From Antechinus flavipes (Eukaryota): a stretch of DNA of 64,000 bases. The stretch is taken from the NCBI RefSeq assembly GCF_016432865.1, contig NC_067401.1, positions 152,272,001 through 152,336,000 on the forward strand, written 5' to 3'. Position 1 is the stretch's first letter, and each line of letters opens with the position of its first letter. Shown in pieces: positions 40,031-50,660 of this stretch. The notes beneath the pieces are model-generated. The model saw only the letters and a list, made by a program, of their open reading frames with translations. It was not told the DNA's origin and did not search any database. The position numbers and the translations under genes were made by a program.

Positions 40031-42879
40031 AACATTGCATGGAGCAATTACTTCCTACAAAGGAAGTCATCTTTTCCTTGCTACAGTATTAGACCTGAGG
40101 ATAATAGTAACCTATCCAGGTTAAAGAGGTTCCTCAATGTCTTGTTATCTGAACAGTTGTCTCATTTTAGGATGAGCTGGAAAGATCTCTGATCACAGGC
40201 CATTCTAGGCTTTCCTCTAGAAGATCTCTACAAATTATAGAAATAGATTACTCAGGTTCTCATCCTATTCCTGGAGGCACAATCAGCCAGCCAGATCTTC
40301 TTGTCCAGCTAGACTGATGCCAAAGGAGACTATGAGGAAGAGGCTGAGGTATAAAGTCTGGAAGTCTCTGAAAGTCCTGGGCAAGACAGAAGTTTTCCTC
40401 TGCCTAGTTTCTGAGAACTACCTAATATTTTTGTTCCTGGAAGGAGAAAATACCAACTTGAAGGAACTATTTGGAGACTGGGGAATTTTGCTATGTGTTT
40501 ATGACTGTTGGAGTTGATTAGTATCATGCCATACTTTACAGGCCCCTGTTTTTCCTTTGCCCACTCCTTCCTCCATAAAGGGAGGAGGTCTATGCCTAAA
40601 TGATGCAAAGGGAACTTAGAGCTGGAACAATATTGAGGGGAAATCTCTTTTGTTGCCAACAACAACAAAAAATACTACTTAGCAGGTTGGCTGAGAAGCA
40701 GCATCTGTCTTTAGTACAGGGTGTGCCTGCATTGTTCATCAGCTCTTATCATTTCTCACACAATGTATGAAGAAATTTCCTTGCTTTGGAAGTTCTGTTG
40801 AAAATAGTTCTGTGTTGTTTATTTCTTTCCCCCCTCATTTTAAAGATCACTATTTATTTTATGCCGTTTAATATCCCTTCCTCTACTTCACCCTCCATCT
40901 CCATCCCTACCCCTAAATACTTTCCTTGACATTCTTTTGACCAAAAAAGGGAGCTTGTGAACAAGGCCAAGGACTCTTTAAATCCAGTTACCAGAAGCTG
41001 TCAAAGTTAATACCTATGTATGTGAGCTTTGCAGCTCAGACCAACGGTGCTTGATTGAGTTCTCATCCCTTCCATTTAAGACCAGGGTTTTCTTTCCAAC
41101 AATCATGTGGAAAACTTGTTTGATTCTATACTATAGTTTTCTGTTTTCCTCTTAAAAAAAACCAAAATCTTGATCTAGAATTTTGACTTGTGAAATCTGC
41201 AGTTATGAAAATATAAGACTATCCTTTCAGCTTATTCTTACATAGCAACTTGTGCTGAAGGGGAAACTATTTGATGTCCCTTTAATGAATTTTGTTTGCT
41301 TTCCCCCCCACATCTTAGTCTTGCTGGTTAAATATTTGGTCAAATAGCCTAAGCATGAAATTAAATAGGGATCAAAACTGGCAATGCAGGTTCAGTCTGC
41401 TCCAGAGCCGATCTAAAAGCTTCAAACCCCTACTTCTGGCCAGCTTTTTGTGCTATGCCTTAATCATTCAGTCTGATTCTCCAGTAGTCTCTCATAATCT
41501 TTACACTTATTACCCCAGGCATCATGCTGCTTCCTCATTTGGCTAGCCAAGATGGTGCCTAGCTACTTGTGGACATATTGGCGTTCCCTATTGCTGTGTC
41601 ACTGGCACTTAGGAAATCTGAGTAGATTGCTCTAGGTCAAATGAAAAAAAAACTATAGGTACCAGGGGAATTCTAGGGAGTTTGCCTGACCAGCAGTCAG
41701 GTCTGTGACTCTACTCAGTATTTCCAATGCCTGTGTCTCTGTGGAATTTTTATATGATGGTTAACATTTCTCCCCAGGGACAGAAATTTTTCAGCCCCTT
41801 GCAAAATTAGCTGAAATGAATTTGAAATCTTTATCAGGGACATTAAAGCAGGGGACAATTATTCCATCATCCCAGATATTCAGATCATGGCTGTTTTTAG
41901 CAAGTTTACATCAACAGGACAAAACATCATTGGTCAGGTTCCTTCAATAACTATAAATTACATGCAGGATCTATTACATGGTTCTATCATCATTGTAAAT
42001 GAATTTCCAACAGGAACAAATGAGCATAACTAGCAAAACAATGAAAAACCAACAATAACAATCTCAATAGTTATTATCTAGCAGTTGCACAGTGCTTGAA
42101 ACATGTATAGCTTTTCATTTGGTTCTCACAGTAATCCTGGGAGTTAGATGCTATTATTAACATCTATATTTTCAAGTGCAGAAAGTAAAGAAGACAAGAG
42201 CTAAGTGATTTGCCCAGTGACACATATAAAGTATCTGAGACCAGATTTTAACTTATGCCTTCCTGACTCTAGCTCTGTCCCTCTATCTAGTGTGCTACCA
42301 CCTCCTGATAGGTCTGTGAAAGAACAAACATTGGTGTATATGTAAACAAGCAAATAGCCGCACAATGCATGACTCACAGAATCTAGTCATAATCCTAGCT
42401 ACAATCCAGTCATAATACTAGCACCAGGAAGATAAATATAAACAGCAGAATAATAAAGAGCAGTATTATATGTAACATGTAGTAATTAGTATGTACATCA
42501 GTAATATGAAGTTATAATAAAGCCATGTATTATGTGAATGACTTGAGTTTTGCTCTTTGGCTACATATGTAAGCATTTATCCAGTTTCATCTGTAACCTT
42601 CTATGTCAGCCTATCTGGGTTAGTTGGATCTAGTTGCTTTGTGACCTATTGATCTTTCTGGTTTTATACCTAGAAGGTAGATGGTATTGAATTCTGCTTG
42701 TATTCCTCTCTCATAATTTGTTAGCATCTGAGACTGTCCTATTAGTATTTTTATGTTTTGTATCACTGCAAATGAAAATTTAAGCAGAAAAGTGCTGTAT
42801 CTGAGTTCAATCCTCTCCTCTGGCCAAAGTAGGGTTTATTTAAGCCCAAGTTAAGCTTTTTGGGTTACAATGTCATTTT

Positions 42880-43020
42880 CACTTCCTGCTCTGACTCATT
42901 AGAAAGTTTAATTCTCCTGTGGATAATCAGTGGTTGCATAAAATTGTATTTACAAAATCCCCTTGTCAGAGGCTGTTGTATAAACAGACATGGTCACCAC
43001 TCCAGTGCAGGTTCTCATCA
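42880..43020 (-). mobile_element. Ty3/Gypsy integrase C-terminal end
   Basis: VYTTASDKG then LCNH*LSTGEL (42909-42941), cf. Gypsy VYKVKPE.G...LHRNHLLP.GEL. Confidence 0.55.
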
Positions 43021-43690
43021 TCTCATGTCTCAATTTTTGCCATAGCTTGCTGGTTGGTCTTCCTGCCTAAAGTTTCTTTCTTGCTTCAATCTCTTTTCTG
43101 TTCAGCTACTAAAGTCATTTTTCCTAAAGTGCAGATTTGATGAACTTATCCTCCTACTTAGTAACTCAAAGGATATTTTATTGTCTCCAGAATCAAATAT
43201 AAAATGCTCTACTTGGCATTCAAAGGCATTTATAATCTAGCTCCCTCCTACCTTTTTTAGTATTTTGTACCTTATTCCCCAACATATACTCTATGATCCA
43301 GTGACACTGGTCTCCTGGCTGTTTCCCACATTCAAGACACTCCATGTGTCTGCTCTGGGAATTTTCTCTGACTATCCCCTATCCTTAGAATGTTCTTTCT
43401 CTTTCACTTTGCCTACTGACCTTCCTGGCTTTCTTTAAGTTCCAACTAAAATCTTATCTTCTACACAAAATCTTCCCCAATCTCTCTTGATTCTAGTGCC
43501 TTTCCTCTGTTAAATATTTCTTATTTACCCCATATATAGATTGCTTTTTATAATTGTTTATATTGTCTCACCCATCAGATTGTAAGTTTTTTAAAGTCAG
43601 GGACTGTCTTTTGCTGCTTCTTCTTCTTTTTTTTTTTTTTGGTACCCTCAGTGCTTAGGACTGCACATACCTTTTAATAATTATTTATTG
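43020..43690 (+). mobile_element. L2 3' end inserted in the Gypsy integrase
   Basis: tgccatagcttgctggttggtcttcctgcc...ggcattcaaag...cttaggactgcac...aataattatttattg. Confidence 0.8.
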
Positions 43691-43817
43691 ATTAATTAAA
43701 GATATCTAATGTCTCACAGACTTATTTTGGAGTAGCTTTCCATCAGTCTGATAACTGATGGATTCATTGAATAGTGAGGTTTCTCACCTTTACTCAGTCT
43801 CTTTATTGAAGTTCTTG
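43690..43817 (-). mobile_element. Ty3/Gypsy integrase C-terminal (GPY/F-region) fragment
   Basis: HQLSD*WKATPK*VCETL (core 43728-43760), cf. HKLADRWKSTPY.VC.QL. Confidence 0.65.
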
Positions 43818-44008
43818 AAGGGGTCCTCAAACTACACCTTGGGCCAGATGCGGCAGCTGAGGATGTTTATCCCCCTCACCTAGGGCTATGGAGTTTCTTT
43901 ATTTAAAGGCGCACAAAACAAAGTTTTTGTTTTTACTATAGTCCGGCCCTCCTACAGGCTTGAGGGACAGTGAATTGTCCCTCTATTTAAAAAGTTTGAG
44001 GACCCCAA
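43818..44008. mobile_element. OC1 (OposCharlie1)-type non-autonomous hAT MITE
   Basis: perfect 14-bp TIR ggggtcctcaaact (43820-43833) / agtttgaggacccc (43993-44006); internal cactgtccctca...ggagggccggactatag resembles OC1/nhAT MITEs; TSD not clear. Confidence 0.8.
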
Positions 44009-44179
44009 TTATGACAATGAATCTGGGGAACATATATTTCTGTAACTAAGTAACTTAAGTAAATTTAGTAAGAAGTAACTCTTCTAACTAGTTGGTAGAT
44101 TTCTTTTATTCATCAAATGAGATAACATATGTAGCACAAATATTAAACCATTATATAAATTCTATTTTTGTTTACTATT

Positions 44180-44870
44180 TAATTTTTTCCTATTTCAGGT
44201 AAATTTTTAAAAAATATTTGCTTTCTAAAATTTTGAATTCCAAGTGTTCTTTCTTCCTCCCTGATTCCTCTTTGAGAAGGTAAACAATTTTATCCAGATT
44301 ATATATGTATAGTCGTATAAAACATATTTCCATATTAGTCATGTTGTGAAACTATTTGGCATTCAAAGATTTTTATAATCTAGCTCTCTCCTATCTTTTT
44401 TAGTATTCTTATACCTTATTCCCCAACATGTACTCTGTGATCCAGTGACACTGGCCTTCTGGCTGTTCCACATTTTTAGACATTCCATGTCTCAGCTCTG
44501 GGCATTTTTTCTGATTATCCCCTATCCTTAAAATATTCTTTCTCTTCCACTTTGATCACTGACCTCCTACCTTTAACAGATAAAAAAATTAAAAAATATA
44601 AATAAAAGTTTTTAAAAGTATGCTTCAATCTGTATTCAAACTCCATCAGTTCTTTCTCTCAAATACTCTCTCTTGAAGATAGCATTTTTTATCATAAAGC
44701 TTTTGGAATTTTCTTGAATCATTGTATCTCTGAACATGGCAAAGTCATTCATACTTGTTCATCATACAGTATTGCAAGACCCTGCGTGGATACTTACTTT
44801 ACTTTGTATCAGTTCATTTAAGTTTTTCCAGGATATGAATGTTATTGTTGCTGTGGTTAGTATTATTATT
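44180..44870 (-). mobile_element. Old L1 3' end carrying an inserted L2 copy (44356-44564)
   Basis: aacatatttccatattagtcatgttgtgaa...agtatgcttcaatctgtattcaaactccatcag. Confidence 0.6.
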
Positions 44871-46100
44871 CTTTATCTCAGCCAAGCCGTGTATTGGTTG
44901 GGCTGTTCACAACCTAAGACTACACAGGACAAATGAAGAAGTAATTGTTGCTCTCACCCAAGCACCAGCAACTATGAATAACTTTATTCTATAAAACCTA
45001 AAGAGTCAATCCATTCTAATATATTTGTATTGGAAATTCTACATGATGATTCTGCTGAAATTTTTCTTCATATCGCAGTGTTCCTAAAAGATGTGATTGA
45101 AATACTCGTTATTCTTTTTTGACTTTTTTTCTCCACACTTTCTTATGCTAGGATTTTTTTTTTTTTGAGTAACTTGTTCTTAAAGTTTTTGCCTTAGTCA
45201 AAAATGCCTTTAAAAAACCTTAGTCACTTCTGACAATGGAGGTTCTAAGTTCAAGGATCATTGGGAATGCCATTGCAGTTAAAACCACAATGTAAGGGCA
45301 AACACAATTTTATTAAAGTGATAGAAAAGAAAACAGAGGCCCCAGTAACTTCTCTGAAGAATTTATCGTATGGAATGAGAAGCTTCCACTATTATAAGTT
45401 TGATGAGATCAGAAAAGCACTTTTTATATGAAATTGAATTATTTCTCTGGGGACTAGCTCAGTAATTGGATCAGTAATTGGGTGTCACCCAATCATTTAA
45501 AACTCGGACATTACACAACATATAAGGACAAATAAGGAAATTCCGGTGGCTAGGTTCAGGCAGAGGTCACTACATGTCTGAAAGTGAGACCTTTTGTTCA
45601 ACCTGTCTTTGTGTAAATAAACTCTTGTGCAAAATTCCTTGTCAGCTATAGCAACTGTGGAAGCTTTTCAGGTTTCTGGTTGGGTTTGCCTGTGCACGAA
45701 ATGGTCAGTCGCCATAGAGCTATAACTTATTTTTGCTTACTTGCCAGAGATAAAGAGCCAATGCAAACCACTTACATGATACTTATTAATATACTTTATT
45801 ATTTTTCCTATGAAAACTTCTTGATGGCTTCTCTTATTCTGTATCAATATAATCCATTTCTTGCATTTTCCTGGGTTTTTCCTTGATCCATATATCTGAA
45901 GTCATTATACAGTGCTTTTCTGGTGCCATCTGATTTCCTGGTGCCGTGGATGTGGTCAAGAACAGTTTGGTATAGTACTTGTTGGCCTGTCTCCAACTTT
46001 TTACATTGTTTCACCAGTAAAATGCTTTCTAGTGAATGAAAGTCGAGTGTTTTAGCTTAAGCAACTAAGGCAAAAAAGTTCAGTTGGAGCAATATAACAG
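44870..46100 (-). mobile_element. Ty3/Gypsy integrase zinc-finger and DDE core, decayed
   Basis: VLYQTV; RKALYNDFRYMDQGKTQENARNGLY*YRI; VCIGSLSL; ATDHF...KASTVA; D*GKNFKNKLL (D 45197-45199); EYFNH (E 45105-45107); LLGTLRYEEK...HVE. Confidence 0.75.
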
Positions 46101-46149
46101 GGCTGACATGATACTGAAATGTTGTTTATTTGGAAGTTCTGGAAATTTC

Positions 46150-47450
46150 AGAGATGTTCATAAATTGGGATAGCTGAACAAAATATGATTGTGATGAAAT
46201 ACTACTGTGCTATAATAAATGATGAGCTCAGTGATCCTAGAAAAACGTGAAAAGACTTGCATGAATTTATGAAGAGTGAAATGAGCCGAACCATGTTAAC
46301 GCTGAATGCAGTAACAGCAATGTTTTTTTTTTTTTAAGTTTTTATTTTTAAAACACATGCTTAGATAGTTTTCAACATTGACCTCTGCAAAATCTTGGGT
46401 TCCAAATTTTTTTCTCCCTCCCTTCTCCTCAACCTTCCCTTAGACAGCAAGTAATCCAATATTTGTTAAATATGTGCAATTCTTATATATATATATATTA
46501 TCACAACTATCATGCTGCACAAGAAAAATCATATCAAAAAGGGGAAAGAAAACAAAAAGCAAGCAAACAACAACAAAAAAAGATGAAAAAACTATTTTGT
46601 GATCTATACTCAATCCCCACAGTCCTCTCTCTGGATGCAGATGGCTCTCTCCGTAATCCAATATATGTTAAATATGTGTAATTCTATACATATTTCTACA
46701 TTTATTGTGCTGCACAAGAAAAATCAGATCAAAAAAGGGGGAAAATGAGAAAGAACACAAAATGCAAGCAAATAATGACAAAAAAAGTGAAAATACTATG
46801 ATCTACACTCAGTCCCCACAGTTCTCTCTCTAGTTGCAGATAGCTCTCTTCATCCCAAGTCGATTGAAATTGGCCTGAATCATCTCATTGTTGAAAAAGG
46901 CCATGTCCATCATAATTGAGTATAATCTTAGTTTTGCTGTATATAATGTTCTCTTGGTTCTACTCACTTCACTTAGCATCAATTCATGTAAGTCTTTCCA
47001 GGCCTTTCCAAAATCATCCTACAAAAATATGATTTTAAGAATGACTTTGAATGAATATGATTTTAATTATTATAAATACTTAAGTGAATTATAAAGGATA
47101 TGTAAAGAAAGATGTTGTCTATATCCAGAGAAAGAAGTGATAAATAAAAGTATGTATTAAATCATTTTACATATATATGTATGTCTGTTCACTATATATA
47201 TATATTATACATGCATGCCTGTTTGTGTCTAATGGTAGCCATCCCTATAATAGCAAGGGATGGGGGAAAGAGTAGGAAAGGAAAAAGAAAGAAATTTACA
47301 TGGTAATTTGTTGTATATTTGAAAGCAATAGTAAGTGTACATAGCAGAGTTGCAGTTTCATGTGCAATCATCTTTTTTATTGTACTATTACGGAAATGCT
47401 TGTTTTATTCCATAGATTAAAAATAAAATCAATTTAAAAGAAAAGAAAAA
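46150..47450 (+). mobile_element. L1 3' end with a nested antisense L1 3' end (about 46330-47010)
   Basis: sense L1 (gatgaaatactactgtgctata...agtgaaatgagc) resumes near 47020 after an antisense dasyurid-type 3' end. Confidence 0.65.
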
Positions 47451-47459
47451 AATTCTTAG

Positions 47460-48302
47460 CTGCTCATTAATTTGACTTTTATCCAACTTTCTTGAATATT
47501 ACATATAGTCTTCACTACTTTCAATATAACCATCATTTCAGGATTGCACAGTTTTCAAGCCAGAGCATCTGCATCCATGTCAGTCTTTCCTGCCTGTTAG
47601 CACATGCTTGGCTGGTATTGCTCCTCATTTCTGGCAAGTAGCATCTAATTTGGCACTGGCTAGAAGATAGGTCTGTAGATTACTGTCAGTCCATACTTGG
47701 AATTTTGCTCTTTCCATAGTTTTTGAATTTTTTCATATCAAAATCAGTAACTTCAGCTTGTGTGTATAAGAATGTATCTAAATCTCATCACTAAGTTCTC
47801 TGCCAGTGAATGCCATTAGTTTGGATGACTATCACTCACTTGGTATCAAATTGCTTCAGAACACACCAGGGTGGCATCTGTGTTTGGGATATACTCCATA
47901 AGGCAGCACTGGTGCATGTGTGTGGCATGAGACTGAGTTTTTGACTTCATAATTTTAAAGCAATTTGAACATTCTGTCTTTTTGTTTCTGTGTCTCCTCA
48001 GTTGGGTATTCTAGAGTGAATGGATTAATAATGATAGCATAATTCTTAGAAAATTTGTGATGGTAAATCCTAGAAAAGTTCTAGATTCTGAAGATTCTGT
48101 GGATATGGCCATTTCAGGAGCACTCCTGATGCCTCTGTTATTGTTCATGTCATTTTAATATGCTATTTGACCCATACTTTCCCAGTCAAATCAATAAACA
48201 TTTTTTAAGCATCTGTGATATGCCAAGTAGTGTGCTAAGTGCTTGATAGAGATTTTGCAAAATTGACACTTGTCATTTGAAAGTTTTAGACTTTTTCTAG
48301 AT
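47460..48302 (-). mobile_element. Ty3/Gypsy RT C-terminus and RNase H, decayed
   Basis: KSLKLSNDKCQFCKISIKHL; LKWPYPQNLQ..RTFLGF; KFSKNYAIIINPFTLEYP; HAPVLPY; NTDAT; THKLKLL; AKFQVWTDSNLQTYLLASAKLDAT (47637-47708); GKTDMDADAL; short L2 tail at about 48185-48245. Confidence 0.85.
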
Positions 48303-48510
48303 CTCAGCTTCTTAAACTATGGTTTGTGATCCCATATTGGGTATCATAACTTAATGTGAAGATTGCAAAATTATGATTTATTATCATAATATAATAATAT
48401 ATTATAATGTTTGATTTGCATACCTATTTTATATGCCTACATACCCAGTGTCAGGTAAAAATTTCTTGAGCCAAAAGGGGACATGAGTGGAAAAAATTTA
48501 AGAAACTCTG
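48303..48510. mobile_element. hAT-Charlie MITE inserted in Gypsy RT
   Basis: imperfect TIRs ctcagcttcttaaact / aatttaagaaactctg; 8-bp flanks ttctagat / ctctcgat fit the Charlie NTCTAGAN target. Confidence 0.7.
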
Positions 48511-48640
48511 CTCTCGATGATCTAACATATACCAATTTTTCTTCATGTTCTAGTATCTTTCCAAAGACAATGATATTATCTATATATACCACTACTTCTG
48601 GGTAATTCATGTTACTGAATAATTTCTTTATCATTTATAT
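48511..48640 (-). mobile_element. Ty3/Gypsy RT catalytic region
   Basis: NMNYPEVVVYIDNIIVFGKILEHEEKL, cf. DMN..EVLVYLDDIIVFG.TLEEHEERL (YxDD decayed to YIDN). Confidence 0.85.
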
Positions 48641-49395
48641 TATCCAGAAAACTAATGATGTGAAATAAACACTAAATATATAAAATCATACCACAATTGC
48701 ATTATGAGGCAGAGCTACGAAAATCAGTATTTGGCAAATAAACAAATTATGAGATGTGAGAATCAGTTAGCATGTGTTAAAATCATAGGAAAGCATTGTT
48801 TGCATCTATTTTTATATTCAAGCAATTAGTTTATAAACAATAAAATCCCAAGAAATAAAAATTATTTACATATGTTCATTATCTGACCAGTCCTTTCTTA
48901 ATGTAACAATTAACATAATTGAAACAGGTATTTTGCCTTTATAACAACTGTTTTATGAATGAAATAGATAATCCTAAGAGAAGAGAACAACTATATGAGA
49001 TATCCAAATAAAAACAAAACAGACTAAAAACTGAAAACTGAATTCTTTCTTTGAAAAAAAAATTAGAACTGGAAAAATTTTTGATGAATAAACATGAACA
49101 TTTTGCTTATGCATGTATGTATATGTATAGGAATATACACATATGGGCACAGATAACATGTATGTATGTATATATATACACATATATCTGTGTATATTTC
49201 TTTTGAAAAATAAAAGATAAAAGGAAAATTCTTCCAAAAATTTCAATAAAAACTGAACTAAAATTCTGTTCAAAATGGAAAAGAAAAGAAAAAGACTAGT
49301 ATAAAGAGTGAGAGAATCCCAGTGGCTTCAGTAACATTAGAACTGAGTTGAACAATATACTACCGATTCAAAAACTAGGAAATAACATATATATA

Positions 49396-49410
49396 GCCAC
49401 CAGGGGGAGC
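49396..49410 (+). promoter_or_regulatory. Candidate CTCF site
   Basis: GCCACCAGGGGGAGC, one mismatch to the core CCACCAGGGGGCGC, in non-repeat sequence. Confidence 0.45.
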
Positions 49411-49793
49411 TTGTGAGTAAGGCCAGTGGATTTCTAGCTCCAGGTACGGGAACCTGTACTGAAGAATTTTCCAATTAAGAACAATGATACCTGCACAAAG
49501 TACTTACCTTGAACTAATTTTTTTTTCTTTCAAGTATATTTGCAGGAAATTTGCTAAGCTCTACAATGAGGCTTCCCAGCTCACATTCTCCACCCTCTTT
49601 ACCACCAAAGGAAAGGAAAATGTCTAATATTTGAGTTGGGATTTGTGAAATTTGCATTCCTTCTCTCTAGTAAGTTCACCCCAAATGCCCAGCTTGCTCT
49701 GAGGGAAAAATAGTTCCTGCTCTTCTCTTTCCTCATTACCCTATCATCAGTCTTGCTCCTGGACAATTTAATAACCACAGCAAACATCTTGGT

Positions 49794-50010
49794 NNNNNNN
49801 NNNNNNNNNNNNNNNNNNNNNNNNNNNNNNNNNNNNNNNNNNNNNNNNNNNNNNNNNNNNNNNNNNNNNNNNNNNNNNNNNNNNNNNNNNNNNNNNNNNN
49901 NNNNNNNNNNNNNNNNNNNNNNNNNNNNNNNNNNNNNNNNNNNNNNNNNNNNNNNNNNNNNNNNNNNNNNNNNNNNNNNNNNNNNNNNNNNNNNNNNNNN
50001 NNNNNNNNNN
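49794..50010. other. Assembly gap (217 N)
   Basis: run of N. Confidence 1.
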
Positions 50011-50594
50011 GTAACCTAAGCATCAAACTAAATGAAGGAAAGCAAACTTTAGTGCTGTCTAAAACAGTTAGAATGAGATGATGACAAAACAGGAAATAAA
50101 GTAATTGACTGGCAAATAGTAAAACTTGGGTTTCCCCTTGGAGAGTGGAAGGAAAAGGGACACTGTCTCCTTCTTCTAACTTGTGCTTGGGTTAACAAGA
50201 CGAGCTCAGCCTGGTTCATAGATCCTGATTTCATTGCCTCCAAAGATTCCTCCCTGCTCCTGTCATGTTGTTCCATACTTGAATGACCAGATCTACTCCT
50301 TCAGCCCAGTGCCACATGGCCTTTCTATCTACAACTGACCATTTTTTTTCTAGGCAAGATAACATTCCACTGGCTCTGTTGGAGTTCCTAGCTTAATGTT
50401 ATAGGCACTTTGGAATTTGAAGTGGTTTGGTCCAGGTCCAGGTCCAGGTTTGCTATAGGAGCCCCAGGAGATTTCTGACTAATCTGACTGACCAGGAAGC
50501 ATCAGTTGTCTCCCACAAAAGACACTCATGGCTTTATAGTAGGAATAAAGCAGAACTCCAGTTTATACTCTTCCTACACCTTCATTGTCTTCAG

Positions 50595-50660
50595 CGTATA
50601 CTCTCTCCCCTGGGAAAGCGCATCCCTGATCTTCAGTTGAAGAATTATAAGTGGCTTAGG
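50595..50660 (+). other. Candidate 66-nt internal exon
   Basis: pyrimidine tract ctcttcctacaccttcattgtcttcAG, then AGG|GTAAGT donor; only phase 0 is open (RILSPLGKRIPDLQLKNYKWLR). Confidence 0.3.

Noticed and set aside
42880-48640. Interpreting the pol fossil as a domesticated gene (PEG10/RTL-like) or an ERV
   Set aside because: Many stops, frameshifts and nested TEs exclude an intact gene; motifs fit Gypsy rather than retroviral pol
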